Below, in pieces: positions 1 to 6,871 of a stretch of DNA of 33,115 bases. Origin of the DNA: Acidobacteriota bacterium (GTDB taxonomy: Bacteria; Acidobacteriota; Vicinamibacteria; Vicinamibacterales; UBA2999); NCBI GenBank assembly GCA_032155105.1, contig JALDXK010000002.1:1-33115 (forward strand). The letters run 5' to 3'. The number at the start of each line of letters is the position of its first letter. Position 1 is the stretch's first letter. The notes below the pieces were generated by a model. That model saw only the letters and a program-made list of their open reading frames with translations, did not search any database and was not told where the DNA came from. Position numbers and translations under genes: made by a program.

Positions 1-2213
1 CGGAAGAGCGCGGCGAGTGGCCCGACATCGATCTCGATCTGCCGAGCGGCGATCGCCGCGAGCGCGTCATCCAGCACGTCTACCAGAAGTACGGGCAGCA
101 TGGCGCGGGCATGACCGCGAACGTGATCACCTACCGCGGCAAGAGCGCCGCGCGCGAGGTGGGCAAGGCGCTCGCGCTCGACGAGGGGCAGATCGATCGG
201 CTGGCGCGGGTGATGCACCAGTTCGAATACATCGATCCGGATGAGACGCTGTCGGCCAAGCTGGCAGAGGTCGGCATGGCCGCGAACGAGCCGCGCGTGC
301 GCCACTTCGCGGAGCTGTGGCGGCAGATGCAGGACCTGCCGCGGCACCTCGGTCAGCATTCCGGCGGCATGGTGATCTGCCAGGGCGAGCTGTCGTCGGT
401 GGTGCCGCTCGAGAACGCCAGCATGCCCGGCCGCGTGGTAGTGCAGTGGGACAAGGACGATTGCGCCGACATGGGCCTGATCAAGGTCGACCTGCTCGGC
501 CTCGGGATGATGGCGGTACTGCAAGACACGCTCACGTTGATTAATACGGGCCGAGGGGAAGACTCGTGCCGGGGGGACGATGCGGGCCGGGGAGAAGACA
601 CGTGCCGGGGAGCAGATACACGCCGGGGGGATGACACGGGCCGGGAAGTGACACTGGCCTCATTGCCGCCGGATGATCCAGCGGTCTACCAGATGCTGCG
701 AGCGGCGGAGACGATCGGCGTCTTCCAGGTGGAATCGCGCGCGCAGATGGCAACGCTGCCGCGCCTTCGTCCTGACAAATTCTACGACCTCGTCGTCGAA
801 GTGGCGCTGATCCGTCCCGGCCCGATCGTCGGCCAGATGGTGCATCCGTACCTCAACCGCCGTGCCGGCCGCGAACCTGTTGTGTACGACCACCCGCTGC
901 TCGAGCCGATTCTCAAGCGCACGCTCGGCGTGCCGCTGTTCCAGGAGCAGCTACTGCGCATGGCGATGGCAGTGGCGGGATTCACCGGCGGCCAGGCCGA
1001 AGACCTGCGCCGCGCGATGGGGTTCAAGCGCTCTGAAAAGCGCATGAAGCAGCTCGAAGGCCTGATGCGCGAGGGCATGGCCCGTCACGGCATCACCGGC
1101 GAGGTCGCCGATCGCATCGTGCTGTCGATCACCTCGTTTGCGTTGTATGGCTTTCCCGAATCGCACGCCGCCAGCTTCGCGCTGCTCGCCTACGCGAGCG
1201 CGTATTTCAAGGTGCATTACCCGGCGGCGTTTTTCGCCGCGCTGCTTAATAACCAGCCGATGGGTTTCTACCATTCGGCCACGCTGGTCAAGGACGCGCA
1301 GCGCCGCGGCGTAGTGTTCCATCCGATCGACGTGCAGGTGTCGGAGTGGGATTGCACGGTGGAAGAAGGCGGCGCGGTGCGGCTGGGGATGCGTTGCGTG
1401 CGAGGGCTTCGTGAGGACGTCGGCAGAGCAATCGCAAATTCAAAATTCAAAGTTAAAAACGACGACAGACGATGTTCGAAGTGCGGGTGTGATGACCCGT
1501 CGATGCTCGAGATTGCCGAACGACATTGTTTCTGCAACGTCTGTTCGCATTCGTGGAAGGTCGACCCACCGCCGCAACCGCGCTTCCACTCCGTCGACGA
1601 CCTGGCGCGGCGCATCAGCATCCGCCGCGATGAGATCGCGATGCTCGCCGAGATCGGCGCGCTCAACTCGCTCGGGCACGATCGCCGCTCGGCAATGTGG
1701 CAGGTCGAACGCGCGATTCGCCCCGCGGGAGAACTGTATGACAGTAGCCAGTATCCAGTAGCCAGTAGCCAGGAAAGCCCGCTGGAAGAAATGAACGTAC
1801 ATGAACGTTTGATTGCAGACTACACAGGGACCGGATTAACAGTGGGGCCGCATCCGCTGACTTTCCGCAGGAAAGAGCTCGCGATGCGCGGCGTGCTGCC
1901 GGCCATCGAGCTGCCGCGCACGCGGTCGGGCCGCCGCGTCCGTACCGCCGGCATGGTGATCACCCGGCAGCGGCCCGGCACCGCGAAAGGGTTCGTCTTC
2001 CTCACGCTGGAAGATGAAACCGGTATCTCGAACATCATCATCCGTCCTGATCTCTACGCCGCCGATCGGCTCACCGTAGTCGAGTCGTCGTTCCTGCTGG
2101 TCGAAGGCGTGCTGCAGAACCAGGACGGCGTGACGTCGATCAAGGCGGAGCGGATGTCGAAGCTCGATGGCTTTCCGGACGAAGCCGCCATCGACTCGCA
2201 CGACTTCCACTGA
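1..2213 (+). CDS. dnaE2: Error-prone DNA polymerase III alpha-like subunit DnaE2 (ImuC), 5'-truncated by the window edge
   Basis: Frame 3 is open from nt 3 (EERGEWPDIDLDLPSGDRRERVIQHVYQKYG...), reading straight into the listed 111..2213 ORF. Pol III alpha blocks are present: HSGGMVI, KVDLLGLGM, IGVFQVESRAQM, ALIRPGPI, FYHSATLV. The C-terminal OB-fold region and the ...SHDFH end are typical of DnaE2. Confidence 0.9.
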   Translation, partial: EERGEWPDIDLDLPSGDRRERVIQHVYQKYGQHGAGMTANVITYRGKSAAREVGKALALDEGQIDRLARVMHQFEYIDPDETLSAKLAEVGMAANEPRVRHFAELWRQMQDLPRHLGQHSGGMVICQGELSSVVPLENASMPGRVVVQWDKDDCADMGLIKVDLLGLGMMAVLQDTLTLINTGRGEDSCRGDDAGRGEDTCRGADTRRGDDTGREVTLASLPPDDPAVYQMLRAAETIGVFQVESRAQMATLPRLRPDKFYDLVVEVALIRPGPIVGQMVHPYLNRRAGREPVVYDHPLLEPILKRTLGVPLFQEQLLRMAMAVAGFTGGQAEDLRRAMGFKRSEKRMKQLEGLMREGMARHGITGEVADRIVLSITSFALYGFPESHAASFALLAYASAYFKVHYPAAFFAALLNNQPMGFYHSATLVKDAQRRGVVFHPIDVQVSEWDCTVEEGGAVRLGMRCVRGLREDVGRAIANSKFKVKNDDRRCSKCGCDDPSMLEIAERHCFCNVCSHSWKVDPPPQPRFHSVDDLARRISIRRDEIAMLAEIGALNSLGHDRRSAMWQVERAIRPAGELYDSSQYPVASSQESPLEEMNVHERLIADYTGTGLTVGPHPLTFRRKELAMRGVLPAIELPRTRSGRRVRTAGMVITRQRPGTAKGFVFLTLEDETGISNIIIRPDLYAADRLTVVESSFLLVEGVLQNQDGVTSIKAERMSKLDGFPDEAAIDSHDFH
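549..656 (+). repeat. Six imperfect 18-nt in-frame tandem repeats inside dnaE2 encoding hexapeptides GRGEDS/CRGDDA/GRGEDT/CRGADT/RRGDDT/GREVTL
   Basis: Direct reading: ggccgaggggaagactcg / tgccggggggacgatgcg / ggccggggagaagacacg / tgccggggagcagataca / cgccggggggatgacacg / ggccgggaagtgacactg. The period is 18 nt. Confidence 0.8.
1742..1773 (+). repeat. Heptanucleotide tandem repeat (cagtagc/cagtatc/cagtagc/cagtagc/cagg) inside dnaE2
   Basis: Direct reading of 1742-1773. The 7-nt unit is not a multiple of 3. Confidence 0.8.
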
Positions 2214-2286
2214 TCGCGCGGCAGGAACGTCCTGACGCTTCTCCGTGATTCATTTCCCGTAGCCACCCGCTCCGCAGGCCGACGGG

Positions 2287-4083
2287 TTGCCATACAATGC
2301 GCCCGTGCGTGCGATCGTACTCGTTGTTGTCGTGGCCGCCGCGCTGGCGATCCTGCTGATGGGGCGCAACGCTCCGGCTCCGGCGACCGACGACCTGCCA
2401 CAACTCTCGTACATCACCACCGCGCATCAGCTCGGCGTGGTCGGCTATCGCGATCCCATCGGCGCCATCTCACCAGACGGCACTCGCTTCGCCTTTACGG
2501 AAGGCCGGTTCATTCGCGTGGTGCCGATCGGCGGTGGCGCGGTCGTGACGCTGCCGCCCGGTGAAGGACAGATTCGCTATCTCACCTGGAAAGGCCCCAA
2601 TGAGATCGTTGCCGAGGACGCCACGTCGTCGGGACGCTGGTGGATCTATCGGCCTGGTGATAACGATCGCACGCCGTTATGGGATCGCAGCTTCGCCGAA
2701 CAACTGCGACAGGTGACGTTCAGCGCCGACGGCACGGCGGCCGCCGCGTTGATCGTCGGAAAGGAAGGCGCCGAACTGTGGCGTGGCAATGCGGATGGCT
2801 CGGACGGACAGCGTACGCGCCTGCAGGGCCGTGCGGCATTCCCGGCCTTTCGCGCCAATGGCGACGTTGCCTGCATCATCGACGCGCGCCTCTCGCTCCC
2901 GTGCTCGGGCGCCCCATTGGGGTTGAATCCGGAACGCGAGGTCTATGGTCCTATCGCCTTCGCGGCCGACGGCGCGACCGTGTATTTCGCGTCTCCAAAC
3001 GACGGCGGCCTCGCCCGCCCAAGTCGTGGCGCAGGTGGGATGGTGGAGTTGTGGAGCGCAGACGTCGCCTCGGGCGCGGCGCGCCGCCTCTCATCATTCG
3101 ACCGCGATGCGTACGCGCCGTCGGTTGCCAGCAGCGGTACGACGGTCTTCAAGGTCCAGAGTTATCGGACCACCCTCGCCGACGTGGCCTTGGAAGGCGG
3201 TCCTACGCGGCAGCTCACGACCTTTCAATCCGAAACGCCTTCGTATCATCCGACGCGTCCGCTGATCTCCTTCACCTTTGGCACCTGGCGCCGCATCGTC
3301 GACGATGCGAAGTACCCGGATATTGCGCAGGAGATCGGCGTGGTGGACGTCAGCCAGCCGCTGCCCGCCTCGAAGCCAACCGACGTGCTCGAGGAATCGG
3401 ACTCCGAAGATCAGGCAATGAGCTGGTCGCCGAACGGAAAGTGGATCGCGTTCCATTCGCACAAGGAAATGTCGGACGACGTCTGGCTCAGGCCTGCGAA
3501 CGGGAGTCAGCCTGACCAGCGCATCACGATGCTTGGTCGTGGCGCAGAAGTGGGATGGCCGCGGTGGTCGCCGGATGGGCGCACGGTGTTGCTCAACGGC
3601 GCTCGCCGGCGCGACGGCGCGTCGGTGCTCTATGCAATTGGCGTGAACCAGGACAGCGGTGCGGTGACGTCCGATCTTCGTGAGATCGCCGTCACCGGTA
3701 TCAGCGGCGAGATGGGACATGCGGAGTGGTTGCCGGACAGCACGACGATCGTCGCCACGGTCAAGGAAGGGCCGGGCCGTCACGCCATCTTTACCGTGCC
3801 GGTGAGTGGCGGTGCGGCGACCGTTGTCCATCGCTTCGACACCGAGCACGACTTCTCAGGGCTTGGCGTCTCGCCGAACGGCCGCTTCGTCGCGTTCGCG
3901 GCGCCGGGCGCGAACGGCTTCTATCAGATCTTCCTCAAGGCGATCGGCGGCGCTACCTCCGCGGTGCAGCTGACCACTGATCCGTCGCACAAGACCCAGC
4001 CAACCTTTTCGCCGGATGGCGCGCGGGTCGCCTTCACGGTGTGGAGCTACGAGGCCGCGTTCTGGTCGTTTGGCGGTCGATGA
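2287..4083 (+). CDS. Periplasmic/membrane-anchored PD40 (TolB-like WD40) beta-propeller repeat protein
   Basis: N-terminal hydrophobic anchor (VRAIVLVVVVAAALAILLMG). Repeated PD40 signatures: SPDGTRFAF, WSPNGKWIAF, WSPDGRTVL, VSPNGRFVAF, FSPDGARVAF. The start is ambiguous: TTG at 2287 or in-frame GTG at 2305. Confidence 0.8.
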   Translation: MPYNAPVRAIVLVVVVAAALAILLMGRNAPAPATDDLPQLSYITTAHQLGVVGYRDPIGAISPDGTRFAFTEGRFIRVVPIGGGAVVTLPPGEGQIRYLTWKGPNEIVAEDATSSGRWWIYRPGDNDRTPLWDRSFAEQLRQVTFSADGTAAAALIVGKEGAELWRGNADGSDGQRTRLQGRAAFPAFRANGDVACIIDARLSLPCSGAPLGLNPEREVYGPIAFAADGATVYFASPNDGGLARPSRGAGGMVELWSADVASGAARRLSSFDRDAYAPSVASSGTTVFKVQSYRTTLADVALEGGPTRQLTTFQSETPSYHPTRPLISFTFGTWRRIVDDAKYPDIAQEIGVVDVSQPLPASKPTDVLEESDSEDQAMSWSPNGKWIAFHSHKEMSDDVWLRPANGSQPDQRITMLGRGAEVGWPRWSPDGRTVLLNGARRRDGASVLYAIGVNQDSGAVTSDLREIAVTGISGEMGHAEWLPDSTTIVATVKEGPGRHAIFTVPVSGGAATVVHRFDTEHDFSGLGVSPNGRFVAFAAPGANGFYQIFLKAIGGATSAVQLTTDPSHKTQPTFSPDGARVAFTVWSYEAAFWSFGGR

Positions 4084-4150
4084 CCAGGCCGCTGCCCGCC
4101 TGGGCATGAGGCGCTCGATCTGCCGCCAAATCATGCGGACCCACGCGTGA

Positions 4151-5149
4151 TCATGCCGGTGGCGACACCGCCACGGGCGCGCCCTCGCCGCGCAGGCCGC
4201 TGACGGCCTCGCCGATGCGGATCGAGCCGTTGAACAGCACGTCGATCGGCACCACACCACCGAGACGGTGGCGGCCAATCGCCGCGAGTCCGGCCGAGGC
4301 CATGCAGCCGCAGCTCGAGCAGTCGGGCGTGCCGCCGAACTGGCACGGCGTGATCCGCGTGTGCAGGTCCGCCGACACGCACTCGGTGGTCCGCGCAAAG
4401 ATGCATTCGCCCGGCGAGGAGGGCGGGTCGAGATAGGCGTCGAGCAGCTGACGCGGCATCTGAAGTTTCGGATAGTGCTCGCGCAACATCTTGAGAGTGT
4501 CGACCACGCGCAGGCGATCGTCGTGCGTGAGTCGTTCCGGCGAGGCCTCGTCGACCTGCGGCGTATAGAGACTGAGCCAGATCGAACGCACGTTGGTGTT
4601 GGCTGACCACGTCTTCACGAACTCCTCGATGTAGCCAGGGCGTACCGTTTGCTGCCGCGTTACCGTGCAGTGCACGGTGATCTGATGGCCCTCGATGTGC
4701 TTGAGGATGCGATCGTAGGTCGCCGGTGTCCGCCGGGCGTCGTGCTCGGGCTCCAGCCCGTCGATCGACACGCAGATCTGCAGCCGGCGGATGGACGCCC
4801 ACGCGATCGGGATAGGGCGCACCGCGCTCGTCACCACCTGCACATAGATGCCGCGCTCCGCCAGCCTCGGCAACAGGACATCGAGCTCGCGATAGCGCAC
4901 GAGCGGCTCGCCGCCGACGAGCGACAGGTGCAACGGCTGCCGACGGTCGATGACGTCCATGATCCCGTCGATGAGGGCCTGGCCTTTGCGATCGCTCAGC
5001 GTGCGGAGCGTTTGTCCGCCGCCAAGATGCTCGTTGCCGTAGGCATAACAGCCAGGGCAGCGCAGGGGACACTCACGAGTGATTTCGATTGAGAGGTTGG
5101 GGCGGCGGCCGACGAGGATCTTGCCCCACGCCCGGATGATCCCTTCCAT
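4151..5149 (-). CDS. Radical SAM enzyme with C-terminal Cys-rich (SPASM/auxiliary-cluster-like) region
   Basis: CPLRCPGC (CxxxCxxC) near the N-terminus, preceded by ITRE. GGEPL motif present. C-terminal Cys cluster: CIFARTTECVSADLHTRITPCQFGGTPDCSSCGC. Confidence 0.8.
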   Translation of the reverse strand: MEGIIRAWGKILVGRRPNLSIEITRECPLRCPGCYAYGNEHLGGGQTLRTLSDRKGQALIDGIMDVIDRRQPLHLSLVGGEPLVRYRELDVLLPRLAERGIYVQVVTSAVRPIPIAWASIRRLQICVSIDGLEPEHDARRTPATYDRILKHIEGHQITVHCTVTRQQTVRPGYIEEFVKTWSANTNVRSIWLSLYTPQVDEASPERLTHDDRLRVVDTLKMLREHYPKLQMPRQLLDAYLDPPSSPGECIFARTTECVSADLHTRITPCQFGGTPDCSSCGCMASAGLAAIGRHRLGGVVPIDVLFNGSIRIGEAVSGLRGEGAPVAVSPPA

Positions 5150-5188
5150 CCACCGACGCTAGCACACGCCACGCGCGAGCTGGCTCGA

Positions 5189-5213
5189 GTGTGGCCCTTT
5201 TTCAGGGCCACAC
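5189..5213 (-). terminator. 9-bp GC-rich stem-loop (gtgtggccc-tttttca-gggccacac) 17 nt downstream of the triple-RidA stop; no clear U-tract on the minus strand
   Basis: Perfect inverted repeat read directly. It lies between two same-strand genes. Confidence 0.4.
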
Positions 5214-5229
5214 CTTTGCACATGGGTGG

Positions 5230-6408
5230 TTACTTGGAAGCGACGAACATGATCTCGACGAGGCCGTCGGCGCCGACGAGGCCGGTCTTGACGGTCGCGC
5301 GGGCGGGGAAGTCCTTACTGATCACGGAACGGTACCCGGTGTTCATCGCGTTGAAGTTCGCGATGTCCGTGATGTAGACGATGCCGTCGACGACGTCGCC
5401 CCAACCGAAACCGGCGAGCTTCATCGTCCGCTCGACGCGCGCCATGATCTCCTTGGTTTGCAATTCGGTGTTGCCCTTCGTCTGGGCGTTATTGCCAAGC
5501 AGGCCGGCGAGGTACAGCCGGTTGCCGACCTTCACGGCGCTGCTGAGGGTCGGACTCGGCTTGCCCGGCGTACCGTCGGCGGCCGGAGTGGCGAACACCT
5601 GCTTGGGCAGGCTCGACGCTGTCAGCGTGATCTCGACTTGGTACTGCGGGCCCATCAGCGGCGCGATCACCGTGGCCCGGGCCGGCGGTTCCTTCGTGAA
5701 GTAGGTCACGTAGGCCTTGTTCATCTCCTGGAACTTCGTGCCGTCGGTGATGTAGACGCGCGACGCCACGACGTTGTCGAACGTCATTCCCGCCTGGGCC
5801 AGGATGTCGCGTGCGTTGTCGAGCACCGTCTTGGTCTGGGTGGTCATGTCTCCTTCGACCACCGAGTTGTCCTTGCCGTTCCTCGACACGAGGCCCGACA
5901 GGAACAGGGTCGAGCCCGACTTGATGCCGTAGCTATAGGGATTGGGAGACGTCATCCACGCCTTTGGATGGATGACCTGGCGCTCGCCACCCTTGGCGAT
6001 CGCGGTCATCGAGATCTCGACCAGCGCGCCCGGGACCACGAAATCGGAGACGATCGTGGTCCGCACCGGCGGATCCTTCGGCCAGTAGGTCCGGTAGATC
6101 TCGTTCATGGCGGCAAAGTCCGACGCATTCTTCAGGTAGACATGGACCGACGCGGCCATCGGCATGCTCGACCCGGCCCTGGTCAGCGTCTGCGCGATGC
6201 TGTCGAGCACGGCCTTGGTCTGGGCCTTGATGTCGCCTTCAGCGGCGATCGTGCCGGCGACATAGACGAGGCCATCGGCCTTGGTGGCCGCGCTGAACGG
6301 CAACTGCGCGGAGCCCGGAAACACTTGTCGCTGGCCTTGCACGGTCACCCCCAGGACTGCCACGGAAAAAAGTAACGCAGATGTTAAACCTCGCACGGTG
6401 CACCTCAC
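5230..6408 (-). CDS. Secreted protein made of three tandem RidA/YjgF/L-PSP (endoribonuclease L-PSP, enamine/imine deaminase) domains
   Basis: Three consecutive modules of about 120 aa each. Each has the RidA pattern: ...G.L(Y/F).(A/S)G..., Q(T)K.VL.N...L..AG....(V)V...VY(I/L).D...F..MN..Y..(Y/F)....PAR(A/T)TV. Signal-like N-terminus LTSALLFSVAVLGVTVQGQ. I prefer the GTG start at 6408 (or 6396) over the far-upstream 6471, which would overlap the SET gene. Confidence 0.8.
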   Translation of the reverse strand: MRCTVRGLTSALLFSVAVLGVTVQGQRQVFPGSAQLPFSAATKADGLVYVAGTIAAEGDIKAQTKAVLDSIAQTLTRAGSSMPMAASVHVYLKNASDFAAMNEIYRTYWPKDPPVRTTIVSDFVVPGALVEISMTAIAKGGERQVIHPKAWMTSPNPYSYGIKSGSTLFLSGLVSRNGKDNSVVEGDMTTQTKTVLDNARDILAQAGMTFDNVVASRVYITDGTKFQEMNKAYVTYFTKEPPARATVIAPLMGPQYQVEITLTASSLPKQVFATPAADGTPGKPSPTLSSAVKVGNRLYLAGLLGNNAQTKGNTELQTKEIMARVERTMKLAGFGWGDVVDGIVYITDIANFNAMNTGYRSVISKDFPARATVKTGLVGADGLVEIMFVASK

Positions 6409-6433
6409 GCGCGCCAATGTATCATTTTCGTGG

Positions 6434-6850
6434 ATGCCTACTTCTGTTTCATTCCCCAAGGTACGTCGCAAGCGATCGAAGCTGCATGGCTATGGCGTGT
6501 TCGCCGAGGAGCCCATCAACAAGAACAAGCGGATCATCGATTACGCCGGCGAGTTGATCAGCAACAAGCAGAGCGAGTCGCGGGAGGATCGTTACCTCTC
6601 GAAGGGCTGCATCTGGGTGTTCCGTGTCAACCGCAATTGGAGCCGCGACGCGGCGGTCGGCGGCAACGTGGCGCGGTTCATCAACCACGCCTGCAAGCCG
6701 AACTGCTGGATCGAGGTCGTCGACAAGACGATCTGGGTCCGCGCCGCGCGCACGATCCGCAAGGGCGAGGAACTTACGTACGACTACAACACCGAGGGCG
6801 ACAAGGTGATTCCGTGCCGCTGCCGCCCGGGGTGTAAAACGAAATTATGA
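6434..6850 (+). CDS. Small bacterial SET-domain protein (putative protein-lysine methyltransferase)
   Basis: Motifs SKLHGYGVFA, IIDYAGELIS, RFINHACKPNC, GEELTYDY and the post-SET-like CRCRPGC. ATG at 6434 is the first in-frame ATG after the divergent RidA gene. Confidence 0.8.
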   Translation: MPTSVSFPKVRRKRSKLHGYGVFAEEPINKNKRIIDYAGELISNKQSESREDRYLSKGCIWVFRVNRNWSRDAAVGGNVARFINHACKPNCWIEVVDKTIWVRAARTIRKGEELTYDYNTEGDKVIPCRCRPGCKTKL

Positions 6851-6871
6851 AATACGCCACAGCAGGGGCAG

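Noticed and set aside
549-656. Possibility that the 18-nt repeats in dnaE2 are a CRISPR-like array or a MITE.
   Set aside because: The repeats are contiguous with no spacers, lie in frame inside an intact conserved gene, and I see no terminal inverted repeats or target-site duplication.
5191-6375. 394-aa plus-strand ORF opposite the triple-RidA gene. Similar long antisense or alternate-frame ORFs: 2679-3515(+), 3094-3849(-), 4131-5072(-), 10551-11471(+), 11748-13019(+), 13461-14297(+), 16101-16973(-), 17038-17910(-), 23406-24131(-), 24168-25013(-), 25765-26529(-), 26447-27109(-), 28980-29696(-), 29038-29778(-).
   Set aside because: These are typical high-GC shadow ORFs. They are Arg/Gly/Ala/Pro-rich with no motifs. 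Each lies opposite or out of frame with a gene that has strong family signatures.
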